Of a DNA stretch of 64,000 nucleotides, positions 8,967-18,889 are shown one piece after another; position 1 is the first letter of the stretch, and each line of letters begins with the position of its first letter. The DNA comes from an uncultured cyanobacterium (GTDB taxonomy: Bacteria > Cyanobacteriota > Cyanobacteriia > Cyanobacteriales > Cyanobacteriaceae), in assembly GCA_963749915.1 (NCBI GenBank), contig CAVVOP010000008.1, forward strand, positions 128,001-192,000, read 5' to 3'. The notes under the pieces were generated by a model. The model was not told where the DNA came from. It searched no databases and saw only the letters and a program-made list of their open reading frames with translations. The translations under genes and the position numbers were made by a program.

Positions 8967-11645
8967 ATGTCTTTTAAATCTAAATCCGGCAAAATAAGTG
9001 GACAAAAATTTGAAGATCTCAATGGTAATGGCGTTAAAGATGGAGAAGAATCGGGATTAGCCGGTTGGATAATCTTTATTGACGCGGATAATGATGGGAT
9101 TTTAGATACAGACGAGATTAGTACTACCACTAATAACCATGGTAACTACAGTTTTACAAATTTAACTGCTGGAAATTACACCATCAGAGAGGTTCAACAA
9201 CCAGGTTGGATACAGACAACTCCTAATCCTCCTGTTATTACTATTCAAAGTAGAACAACAGAAACAGGTGTTGATTTCGGGAACTTTAAGCTAGGTAGTA
9301 TCAGTGGACAAAAATTTGAAGATCTCAATGGCAATAAACATAAAGATAACGGAGAACCGGGATTAGCCGGTTGGACAATTTTTATTGATGCTAATAATAA
9401 TGGGAAGTTGGACAAATATGAACCTAGGACCCATACCGATTCTCATGGGAACTATATTTTTAAAAGATTAAAAGCCGGAAATTATACTATTAGAGAAGTT
9501 CTACAAGAAGGTTGGATAAAGACAACTCCTAATCCTCCTGTTATTACTATTCAAAGTAGAACAACAGAAACAGGTGTTGATTTCGGGAACTTTAAGCTAG
9601 GTAGTATCAGTGGACAAAAATTTGAAGATCTCAATGGCAATAAACATAAAGATAACGGAGAACCGGGGTTAGCCGGTTGGACAATCTTTATTGATGCGGA
9701 TAATGATGGGATTTTAGATACAGGCGAAATTAGTACTATTACCAACGACTATGGCAACTACAGTTTTACAAATTTAACTGCTGGAAATTATACCATCAGA
9801 GAAGTTCAACAAACAGGTTGGCAACAAACTACATCTGATCCCAAAGCTATTGAGATTCTGAGTGGTATGGATGTATTCAATATTGATTTTGGTAATAACC
9901 GTCAAACAACAGATTTACAACTTACTAAAGAATTTATTCCCACATTTAAAGATCAATTAAAGATTGCTACTTATGGAGAAAATCTCTCTTTTACCCTGAC
10001 AGCTAAAAATAATGGTTCTATTACTGCTGAAAATGTTGTCATTACTGATCAAATCTCTCAATTAGAAAATATTCAAATTATTGATACAACTACTGGCTTA
10101 CCCTTAGCTGAAGAATACTGGTATCTAGATTCTAGCAATACTCTACAAATCTCAATTCCTGAACTTGCCGGTGATGAGGAGGTCACATTTACTGTTAGTG
10201 GAGATGTTATTGTACCTGAAGAATTAGTTATCTTCAATTTCTTTGGTCAACTAGCAAATGATAATCCAGCACTCCAAGAATACAGTGCTACTGTGGTTCG
10301 TGGAACTCAATATCTTGATACAAACTTGGTTAAGGAAGAAGGTTCATTAAGCGTTGAATTTAATTACAATAGTCTTACTAATACTGCCACTATTGATGCT
10401 GATAATATCTTTGATCTAGATCCCAGCAATAATGAAAGTAGCGATACCGCTGAAGTGGCTCGTGCTAAATATGAAGGCACATTACAAAATGGACAAACTT
10501 TTGAACTATTTGCCATTGAGTCTCTCTCCAGTGGATTGCCGTTCGTTATAGAGCTTGGTAGTTACGCTACAGGAAGTGGGGGTGGTTATGGAAATGAATC
10601 TGAGTTTCTTCCTCCTGGTGAATTAGGTCTATTTAAGCTTGATTTATTTTGGGATTTTGTTATGCCAGATGGATCCCTTGATACATTTGAGGGCTTATCA
10701 GATCCACAAGAAGTTCTTAATTTTCTTGAAGCAGTAATTGCAGGGGGAGAGGTTAATCCAGATAATTTTACGAGTAGTTCGTTACAATTAACCAATAATG
10801 ATGGGGAGATCGAAAATACTGAATTTGCACAAGGTCAATTTACTCCAGACTTAGAAGGAGCAACTGTTGTTACTATCGTAGTTAATGAAGGTGAATCTTT
10901 ACAGGACGCATTAGATAATCTCGCTCCTGCTGGAAGCTTGTCAGTTTTAAAGATTGTGGTACAAGGTTCAGTAACAGAAACAGAATTACAACAACTGAGT
11001 TTCAATTATAAAGGTTATTTTGTTACAGAATTGCAAATTCAGGGCGACTCAACTACTTTCGCCTCAGGAAATCAGGGTGCAAGTATTGATTTATCTTTGA
11101 TTGAAGTAATTTTAACAGGAGAAGATAATTCTTCCCTTACTCTAACAGGAGAAGATAATCCTTCCCTTACTATAATGGGAGGTAATGCTAAAGATAGCAT
11201 TACAGGAAGCAGTTTAGCAGAAAGGATTGATGGAGATAATGGTAAAGATGAAATAGTTGGTGGGCTTGGTAATGATACTCTAATTGGTGGAAAAGGAAAA
11301 GATCTCTTGCGTGGTGATGGTGGTGATGATCTCCTAGTTGGGGGTGCGGGGGCAGATGTCCTGCGGGGTAGTTTTGGAGAAGATACTCTCATTGGTGGAG
11401 ATTTACATCTTCGTCACGTTGGCGGTGACATCTATGTTTTAGAAGACAATGCTGGTTTAGATACGGTAAAAGGCTATGCTAAGACGGATGCAATTGGGCT
11501 ATTGGACATTAATCAAAATGACCTAACTTTAACAGTACAAGGTAGTGATACGATGATTAGTCTTAATGGTGAGGATTTAATGCTGATTAAGGGTGTTTCT
11601 AATACCAGTGATATTAGCTTTACCACCAACTTCTCATTTATTTAA
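8967..11645 (+). CDS. Surface protein: 3x SdrD B-like repeats, DUF11-like domain, RTX Ca-binding C-terminus
   Basis: GSISGQKFEDLNGN..GEPGLAGWTIFID x3 (306-bp period); DLQLTKE...LTAKNNG; GGxGxD nonamers; no Sec signal peptide. Confidence 0.85.
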   Translation: MSFKSKSGKISGQKFEDLNGNGVKDGEESGLAGWIIFIDADNDGILDTDEISTTTNNHGNYSFTNLTAGNYTIREVQQPGWIQTTPNPPVITIQSRTTETGVDFGNFKLGSISGQKFEDLNGNKHKDNGEPGLAGWTIFIDANNNGKLDKYEPRTHTDSHGNYIFKRLKAGNYTIREVLQEGWIKTTPNPPVITIQSRTTETGVDFGNFKLGSISGQKFEDLNGNKHKDNGEPGLAGWTIFIDADNDGILDTGEISTITNDYGNYSFTNLTAGNYTIREVQQTGWQQTTSDPKAIEILSGMDVFNIDFGNNRQTTDLQLTKEFIPTFKDQLKIATYGENLSFTLTAKNNGSITAENVVITDQISQLENIQIIDTTTGLPLAEEYWYLDSSNTLQISIPELAGDEEVTFTVSGDVIVPEELVIFNFFGQLANDNPALQEYSATVVRGTQYLDTNLVKEEGSLSVEFNYNSLTNTATIDADNIFDLDPSNNESSDTAEVARAKYEGTLQNGQTFELFAIESLSSGLPFVIELGSYATGSGGGYGNESEFLPPGELGLFKLDLFWDFVMPDGSLDTFEGLSDPQEVLNFLEAVIAGGEVNPDNFTSSSLQLTNNDGEIENTEFAQGQFTPDLEGATVVTIVVNEGESLQDALDNLAPAGSLSVLKIVVQGSVTETELQQLSFNYKGYFVTELQIQGDSTTFASGNQGASIDLSLIEVILTGEDNSSLTLTGEDNPSLTIMGGNAKDSITGSSLAERIDGDNGKDEIVGGLGNDTLIGGKGKDLLRGDGGDDLLVGGAGADVLRGSFGEDTLIGGDLHLRHVGGDIYVLEDNAGLDTVKGYAKTDAIGLLDINQNDLTLTVQGSDTMISLNGEDLMLIKGVSNTSDISFTTNFSFI

Positions 11646-11731
11646 GATGTTGATAAAAACTCACGGATGAGAGACAAGATGTTAATTTTGTCAAAATTAA
11701 GTGAAAGAAAATTATGATAACTTTTATAGGT

Positions 11732-13015
11732 TAGAAATAAGCATAGCTGATGTAGTGGAAAGAGAGTAATGAGACAAATACAACCCTATCCCGAAGAAAT
11801 AGAAGAAAAAATGATTAGATACTATAATAGTCTATCAGAAAAAGAGCGAAGGCGTTATGCAGCCATAGAAGCTGAAAAATTGGGGTATGGAGGCATAAGT
11901 TATATCGTCAGGCTGTTCGGATGTCGTCCGGATACAATCAAAAGAGGGTTGTCAGACTTAGAATCCACCGAATTAATCAATGAAGATCGTATCAGAGAAA
12001 AAGGAGGCGGAAGAAAAAAATCTATCGAGGTAATTGAAGGTATTAACGAGGCCTTTTTAAGAGTCATAGACAGACATATTGCGGGTTCACCTATGAATGA
12101 ATCAGAGAGATGGACACATTTAACCCGCCAACAAATAGCAGATTTACTCGAACAGGAAGAAGAAATAAAAATTAGTGTAACAGTTATAGATCAGTTACTA
12201 TTCAAGCAGAATTTTCGTCGTCGTCAGGCAGAGAAAACTAAAGCTACAGGCAGTAATCCTCATAGAAATGAGCAGTTTGAACAAATTAATAGTTGGATTG
12301 AATCCTATCAACAACAACAGAATCCAGTAATTAGTATGGATACAAAAAAAAAGAAAAATTAGGACAATTATATCGAGAGGGAAAAACGAGAAACCAAAAG
12401 CCGATTGAAGTCTATGACCATGACTGGGCCTCTTTAGCGACAGGAAAAGTTATTCCTCACGGTTTATATGATCTAAGCTACAATCTAGGATATATGAATA
12501 TAGGTACATCTGACGATACCAGTGAGTTTGCCTGTGATTCAATTCGTCATTGGTGGGTTAATTATGGTTCGATACTTTACCCATTCGCTACTTCTATTTT
12601 ACTCTTATGTGACGGGGAAGGAAGCAATAGCTCTCGTTCCTACTTATTTAAAGAAGCATTATGCCAACTATCTCAAGAATTAGGAATCGAAATCAGAATT
12701 GCCCATTATCCTCCTTATACTTCCAAATATAACCCCATTGAACATCGCTTATTTCCTCATATCACCCGTGCTTGTACTGGAGTTATTTTTGATAGTCATG
12801 AAACGGTGAAAAATTTGATGGCAAAAGCAGAAACTCGTTCAGGATTAAAAGTATTTGCCTCTATAATTGATAAAGTCTATGAAACAGGAAAAAAAGTGGC
12901 TCAAGACTTCAAAGAAAATATGAGTATCATTTTTGATCAAGATCTCCCCCAATGGAATTATGTAGCCACACCAAAATCTTCATAAGTTTACTAAATAATT
13001 AAATCCTCATTCCTA
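11732..13015 (+). mobile_element. ISAzo13-family IS
   Basis: Transposase plus imperfect terminal repeats TAGAAATAAGCAT / ATCCTCATTCCTA; ends approximate. Confidence 0.75.
11769..12985 (+). CDS. ISAzo13 transposase, two frames joined by a -1 shift at an A9G run
   Basis: LSEKERRRYAA...VISMDTKKK; the -1 frame continues EKLGQLYREG...DHDW...HYPPYTSKYNPIEHRLF. Confidence 0.85.
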
Positions 13016-13351
13016 AGAAGACTGATATCTGAACGATCGCTATTCCTAGCAAAAGAGCAAACGTATTTGATTTGGGATACGGCAGTTCTGACGCAAACTA
13101 CAATAACCAGTTACACTTTAATCATATAGAGGCTTAAGCCAGAAGACATCCCCCAAAAGGGGGGAGAAATGGGTGATTTTTAGTAGAACTCTTCTTCTAA
13201 AATTATCAAAGTTACTCAACTCACAAATATATCTCTCAGCTCCTCTTTATCTTGATAAGCTCGGACGCGTTTACCTGAAGTTTTTTAGTAATTTTTTTAA
13301 GCCTGTAGAACTCTTATAGCTTCAACGTATAGTTGCTATTTTTTATTCCTT

Positions 13352-13627
13352 CTACTTTTTGCTCACCATTCTGTCATATTCTGCATGTGGACCTATCCAA
13401 AACCATACTATCTTGTCTTCTTTTTCTTTCATGACTCCTAGTGCTCTCCATCCAATTCCTACCCTCACTGACCAAATATTCTGATTAGGTTTAATCTTCT
13501 TGAACTGTAAACTTGGATGAAATGGATTATTCCTCCAAAGCTCATAGTTCTTTCTCGCAGTTTCTCTTACTCCCTGAGGTAGTTTCAAAAATAACTTCCG
13601 AAAATTGTTGGTTCTGGATGAGTTCAT
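13352..13627 (-). CDS. RelE/ParE/HigB-superfamily toxin
   Basis: FRKLFLKLP..V...ARKNYELWRNNPFHPSLQFKK..WSVRVGIGWRALG..WFWIGPHAEYD; translationally coupled to the upstream ORF. Confidence 0.8.
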   Translation of the reverse strand: MNSSRTNNFRKLFLKLPQGVRETARKNYELWRNNPFHPSLQFKKIKPNQNIWSVRVGIGWRALGVMKEKEDKIVWFWIGPHAEYDRMVSKK

Positions 13628-13854
13628 TACTCTTCGCCAAAACCTTTCTCTTCAGTTTTCCCCTCTTCCTCTTCTGTTAGTGCTGCTTGAGCCATTTGTT
13701 GAAGAATATCTATGTTAACGTCCGGATTAGACAGAGTTTCTTGCCATTTCAGTTCATTTTGAATATCTTCTAGAAGTTGTTGAGCAATTTCATCCTGAAG
13801 CTCGCTCGGTAATTTTTGGGCTTCCTTTAATGCTTGTTCCAGTAAAGTGGTCAT
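13627..13854 (-). CDS. Putative antitoxin
   Basis: Acidic 75 aa, MTTLLEQALKEAQKLPSELQDEIA; TAATG overlap with the toxin. Confidence 0.7.
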   Translation of the reverse strand: MTTLLEQALKEAQKLPSELQDEIAQQLLEDIQNELKWQETLSNPDVNIDILQQMAQAALTEEEEGKTEEKGFGEE

Positions 13855-13945
13855 AATTTTCCTCTCTTTTTGCTCCAGATAAAAATTTCTCCCTAGGCTC
13901 TATTGTAATGGACATTCAGCAACCCTATGATCGGCAATTTTTAAC

Positions 13946-15223
13946 CTACTTGGGAAAGAGCAAGGTCATTTGAATGCGAAGAGTCCAGTCTGCTGCACCT
14001 TCTGGTTTGACGACATTCCAAAAACCTTGGAGTTGCATATTCACAGGTTGATTGCCAATCTTGAATACTCGGCCAAATCCACCGCCGATGGGTAAAGTCC
14101 ACTTCTCCCCTGTTCCTAACCAGTTGGCGGTAATAATGGGAGACGTTGTCACATACCAACCATCATCAAAATTGTAATTAAAGAAGGGCTGAATGGTAAG
14201 AAGACTGACATCTGAGCGATCGCTTTTTCCCACAAAAGACCAGACGTTGCTAACCAATGCCCCAGTCACAATCCTGTCGGTGGTTACCAAGCCAATTGCA
14301 GAGGGACCAATGGACCATTTATCAGACCCTAGCACGGTATCCGTAGTGGTGGGAAGCACGACAGTTGGACCGATACCCCAAGTAAAGTTTCCTGAGCCTT
14401 TAGGGGAGAAAAAGCCCTGATAGGTTATAGCTCCTAAACCAAAAACATTCCCAACATTAGGAGCAAGTTCGGGCTGATAAGCTACCGGGATAATAGTTCG
14501 ATTAATTAACAGCCAATCTTCGCTGATGGACGTGGGTAGCACTGGTTGAATGTTCATGATGTTGCTGGTGCGATCAAATTCCCCAACACCAAAGTTAGTG
14601 CTGTTTTGAAACGGCACAGAAATCAGATTGGCGATGGGGTTTTGGGATTGTTTGGCTAGATCTGCTTGGCTGGAAGAAGATTGAGCATTCTCATTATTAG
14701 CTTGGGTGAGCTGAGTTTTATTAATTGGCAATTCTATGCTTGTCTCAACCAATGATTCTTTTGTCTGAGAGCTTATGAGATTCGGGGATATGCGATCACC
14801 TGTATCCGAATGCTCGATCAGCAAGTCTTTAGCCTTAATACTGACTTCTTGTCTAGGAAAGTTCTCTTTTAAGTTTCGGCGTTGGGAGTCTTCAAGCCTT
14901 GCCCTGTTTGTCTTGCCATCAGCAGTTTGTAAAAAACTTACATCTGTGAGCGAAGGTAAGATCTTGAATGGCAAAGGGACTTTGTCGAAAGTTTTATCCT
15001 TGTAGATTCCTTTGGAGGTATCTGGGATCTTCAAACTATGGTCAAGCTCGAACTCGCTAAAGAATATTCCCACCGTACCGGTGATCGGTACCAACTGCTC
15101 TAACTCTTCCATGCTCTGTTGAATCTTTCCCGTGTTCTGTGCTCTGACTTTGTGTCCCCAGCTGGTGGTCATCAGTCCAGCTAGAGACAGGCTCGTTATT
15201 ATTTGTTTAATAAATTTTTTCAT
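13946..15223 (-). CDS. Outer-membrane beta-barrel protein of the family often mis-annotated 'neuromedin U' (sulfatase-cluster associated)
   Basis: Signal peptide; LAKQSQNPIANLISVPFQ, NIQPVLP, QPFFNYNF, WTLPIGGGFGRVF, C-terminal LLFPK. Confidence 0.75.
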   Translation of the reverse strand: MKKFIKQIITSLSLAGLMTTSWGHKVRAQNTGKIQQSMEELEQLVPITGTVGIFFSEFELDHSLKIPDTSKGIYKDKTFDKVPLPFKILPSLTDVSFLQTADGKTNRARLEDSQRRNLKENFPRQEVSIKAKDLLIEHSDTGDRISPNLISSQTKESLVETSIELPINKTQLTQANNENAQSSSSQADLAKQSQNPIANLISVPFQNSTNFGVGEFDRTSNIMNIQPVLPTSISEDWLLINRTIIPVAYQPELAPNVGNVFGLGAITYQGFFSPKGSGNFTWGIGPTVVLPTTTDTVLGSDKWSIGPSAIGLVTTDRIVTGALVSNVWSFVGKSDRSDVSLLTIQPFFNYNFDDGWYVTTSPIITANWLGTGEKWTLPIGGGFGRVFKIGNQPVNMQLQGFWNVVKPEGAADWTLRIQMTLLFPK

Positions 15224-15339
15224 TTAATTAAAAGACGAATATTTGTATTCGTATAGAACCAGAGACTGAAAAATTATTTCTCCCCCTGCCCCCTCATCTG
15301 CCCCTGCTCCCCCTGCTCTTAAAGAGTTTTCAGCTTATT

Positions 15340-16165
15340 TTAGTGCCATTCGATGCGAGGACAGCCGCCGTGGCAGGCGAATCGCACCTCACAGTCGCGG
15401 CAGTATTGGGGCAGGGTGTCTCGTTTGGCCAGTCCGAAGACCCGCTGCTGCTCCGAAGCGACCAGTTCGATCATCGGTGTTTCGGTGATGTTGCCCAAGT
15501 GGTAATCCGGCTCCACGAAGTGGTCACAGGAATAGAGGTCACCGTTATGCTCCAGGGCTAGCGCCTGGCCGCAGGTCTCCGAGAAGACACACACACAGGG
15601 AGGCTCTCCATACCAGTTGGCCAAGGCTACGTCGAACATCTGCACGAACACCTCGCCCACGTCCCGCTTTACCCACTCGTCGAAAATGGCGATCAGAAAC
15701 TGTCCGAAGGCGGTGGCATCGACGCTGCGATCGATCGGTGACCTGGTTGCCGTCTTGTACATAGAGCGGTCGCTTCTCATTGCGGTGGGTACTCCACCCT
15801 TGGTTGGCCAGCGGTAGCAAGGATTCAGTGGTGCGTTCCACGATGGGGATGAACTGCAGAAACGGCACCCCCATTGCATCCCGGAAGAACCGATAGACCT
15901 CCACAGGATGATCCTGGTTGGCTGCATTGACGACGGTACACAGCACGTTCACATCAACGTTGTGCGCTTGGAGATGTTGGTACCCGGCCATAACCTGAGC
16001 GAAAGAACCCTTGCCCTGTTTGTCGACCCGGTAGCGATCATGGAGCTGGCGGGGGCCATCTACCGATAAGCCGACTAGGAAGTTGTGCTGCTTGAGGAAC
16101 GCTGCCCAGCGATCGTCGATCTTTGTGCCGTTGGTCTGGATGGTGTACTGTACCCTCTGCCCTGG
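15340..16165 (-). pseudogene. Anaerobic sulfatase maturase (radical SAM/SPASM, AtsB/AslB-like) fragment
   Basis: QYTIQTNGTKIDDRWAAFLKQHNFLVGLSVDGP..., LEHNGDLYSCDHFV, CRDCEVRFACHGGCP. The N-terminal CxxxCxxC region is absent, there is a frameshift at ~15730, and the C-terminus is truncated. Confidence 0.9.
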
Positions 16166-17606
16166 AACTGGTTTGCCGCACCTTTGGGATAGTCGTCTGT
16201 GACCGGCAGAGCCAGGTCACAGCCAATATCCAAAGTCTCGTCGGCGGAGAAGACAAAAGGTACGGTCTTGTCGATATGCCCTTCACCAACTTTCTCGTTA
16301 TTGATATAGAGGGTGCCGGTGCCGCCGCTTCCAGGCTGACCGCCATCAAAGTTGAAGTGATAGCGGATGTTGACTGTGCCGACAGGCAGGGGTTTGGTCG
16401 CCTCCACGTAGTAGTAGTCAACGTCAAACCAATTGTGAACATACTTAACTACTCCAGCCTTGACATAGAGATACCATTGAGGGCCATTAACTCATTGAAG
16501 GTGCCGTCTAACCCACCCTCGGCACTGGCCCCGTTGTCCCCGGCGATGTAGATAAACAGGGTGTTGTCATATTTGTCCATGTCTTGGAGGGCCTCGATCA
16601 CCCGCATAACCTGGGCATCGGTGTGTTCGGCCATGCCCGCATAGGCTTCCATTAGGCGACTATAGACGGTTTTCTGAGTCTCATTCAACTCATCCCAAGC
16701 GACAACTCCTTCGGGGCGACCAGTTAGTTCTGTGTCGGGGGGCACCAATCCCTTAGACTTCATATTGGCCAGGGTCTCATCACGCACCGCGTCCCAACCC
16801 TTTTCAAATTTGCCCTTGTACTTGTCAATCCATTCTTGGGAAACATGATGCGAGGCATGGGTAGCACCAAACGAGAGATAGAGGAAGAAGGGCTTGTCTG
16901 GTGTCAATACATCCAGACCCCGCATCCAGCCGATGGCCTTGTCGGTGATATCCTCGGAGAAGTGGTAGCCCTCTTCCGCCGTAGCTGGAGGTTCAACTGG
17001 ACTGGTGCCATTGAATAGGGTGGGAGCCCACTGGTTGGTCCTGACAAGGGTAGGTTTTTAACATTTGGGTTGAGACAAGACAAGGAAGGAACGAAGGACA
17101 GCAGACAAGGAAGATAATACAAATGGAAAATGGTCTTTTCAGCAATTATCGTATTACTTGTAACTAAATATTTTTTAAAGAATTTCCCTCTTCCTTGTCC
17201 ACTTTCCACCCTTGTCCACCTTGTCTCACCTCCACCAGAATGCTATTGTAAAAAACCTACACTTGTGAGACTGGTTGGTCTCGCCGCCGACAAAGCCGTA
17301 GAATTTCTCGAAGCCCTCGCCGGTGGGCCGGCGATCAAAGGGGCCGGACATACTCACTTCCCAGGTGGGGGTCTGGTGTGCCTTGCCCACGCATCCGGTG
17401 CTATAGCCGTTGAGCCGCAGCATCTCGGCAATGGTGGCGACGGTGTTGGGGCGAATACTGTCGTTACCTGGTGCGCCTTGGGGTGGGCGTAGCGGTTCGA
17501 TAGGCGGGAATTCAGCATCCCGCGCGTCCAGCGCCATTTTGCCCTTGACAGGCAGGTCAGGAATGGGAAGAATCTCGCGTCCAGTCACGTCAGGTGTCTG
17601 TGCCAT
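16158..17606 (-). pseudogene. Arylsulfatase, multiply deleted and MITE-interrupted
   Basis: REILPIPD...PPQGAP, GFEKFYGFVGGETNQ|WAP, KPFFLYLSFGATH, GDNGASAEGG, ADETLDIGCD; no CxPxR motif left. Confidence 0.9.
17041..17269. mobile_element. 229-bp MITE with 11-bp target duplication (IS4-like architecture)
   Basis: Inverted repeats CTGACAAGGGTAGGTTTTT / AAAAACCTACACTTGTGAG (17/19); duplication ACTGGTTGGTC at 17030-17040 and 17270-17280; excision restores GGETNQWAPTLFNG in frame. Confidence 0.93.
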
Positions 17607-17797
17607 GTTCAGTCTCTTTATACAGGTTTTTGAATTCAATCAGTTTGCTTTCATTCTATGAAGACTTGAGGACATTGTCCTCCTCCAAAAAGGAGGAGAA
17701 ATGGGTGAGATTTATTGTCGGCGGCAAAAGGGAGCGGAAAGGGAACGAGAGCGATCGCATTATGAAATGAAATGATGTGTTAAAGTAAAAATTAAGA

Positions 17798-17816
17798 TGT
17801 ACGGAGTTACCGTACA
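17798..17816. promoter_or_regulatory. Palindromic autoregulatory operator of yefM-yoeB
   Basis: TGTACGG-AGTTA-CCGTACA about 45 bp upstream of yefM; TGTAC-core palindromes are known YefM operators. Confidence 0.7.
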
Positions 17817-17861
17817 ATAGCTTCTCTGTACTCAAAAAAAAATTACTTCTATGAATAGTAG

Positions 17862-18134
17862 ATGAACAGTATAAGTGTTAACCAGTTTAGAGAAAATTTA
17901 AAGAGTTGCGTGGAGGAAGTAATTAATTCCCATGCTCCTCTCAAAGTCACTCGTCGTAATGGTAAGGACTTCGTAGTAATCAGTGCTGATGATTGGGAAA
18001 GAGAACAAGAAACTCTTTATGTTTTACAAAATAATAGTTTAATACAGCAAATAGCTGAGTCCTTTACCACTCATACCAAAGCTCAAGGTTATCAGCCCAG
18101 CGAGGAACAACTTGATGAGATCATTGGTATTTGA
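17862..18134 (+). CDS. yefM: Phd/YefM antitoxin
   Basis: FRENLKSCVEEV...PLKVTRRNGKDFVVISADDWE..QETLYVL. Confidence 0.9.
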   Translation: MNSISVNQFRENLKSCVEEVINSHAPLKVTRRNGKDFVVISADDWEREQETLYVLQNNSLIQQIAESFTTHTKAQGYQPSEEQLDEIIGI

Positions 18135-18384
18135 AGGGAAAACATGGCTTGTCTATGAAGAACTGCGAGAAAAAGATAAAAAGCTACACAAGAGTTTGTG
18201 TAAGATTTTGAAGGAGATGCTTCGTTGTGATCCTAGTACTGGGTTAGGAAAGCCAGAACCTTTGAAGCACAATTTATCAGGTTTATGGTCGAGGTGTATC
18301 TCTCAAAAGGATAGACTGATCTACAAATTCGACGACGAATCTATTTATATTTTTGCGATTGGTGGACATTATGATAGTTTCTAG
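18115..18384 (+). CDS. yoeB: Txe/YoeB toxin
   Basis: GLGKPEPLKHNLSGLWSR.I..KDRLIY...GGHY; overlaps yefM. Confidence 0.9.
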   Translation: MRSLVFEGKTWLVYEELREKDKKLHKSLCKILKEMLRCDPSTGLGKPEPLKHNLSGLWSRCISQKDRLIYKFDDESIYIFAIGGHYDSF

Positions 18385-18576
18385 CCTTAACAATATCTTC
18401 GCCAACCAAAAGGAAAGAAGAGGGCTAAAAGGCAAAGTGCGATCGCAGTGCGAAGACCCAAATGGTGTCTTTTTGGGGGTTGAGTGCTGGGTTGATTAGC
18501 AATTGCACGACCGGTGTGATGCTGATTTCCCTTGTTAGTTGCAAGCGGAAGTAACTCTCAATCGCATACTGATTCC

Positions 18577-18889
18577 TCAAACCAGAGCCAAATAACTCAT
18601 CATTCGGTTGTCCCCAGTTGACTCCGAATCCGAGTTGGCTTCCGGGTACTGGGTGGGGCTGGCAATATAAATGAATCCCAAGCTTACCGCCTTCTGTAGG
18701 AGGCTGCCCCCGCCTTCTGAGAAACCTGCTCTGGCGAACACAATCCAGTTGTCATCAATGGAACCCAATCACAGCCTCAACATTGCCGTTGTTCCAACTC
18801 TGACTCCAATAAAGGTTCGTCAAATGCCAGCCGTCGTCGGCAAAAGGAATCTCGATCGCACCGATATAGCCAAGATTATTAAAAGCATA
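18577..18889 (-). pseudogene. Carbohydrate porin (OprB-like) fragment
   Basis: FADDGWHLTNLYWSQSWNNG, then a frame change to DDNWIVFARAGFSEGGGSLLQKAVSLGFIY; cut by IS630. Confidence 0.55.

Noticed and set aside
15343..17661. Numerous overlapping ORFs on both strands
   Set aside because: They are by-products of GC-rich pseudogene fragments, explained by the sulfatase and maturase frames.
13020..18450. Integron-like cassette array, suggested by several TA modules
   Set aside because: No integrase and no convincing attC (RYYYAAC...GTTRRRY with paired arms) found.
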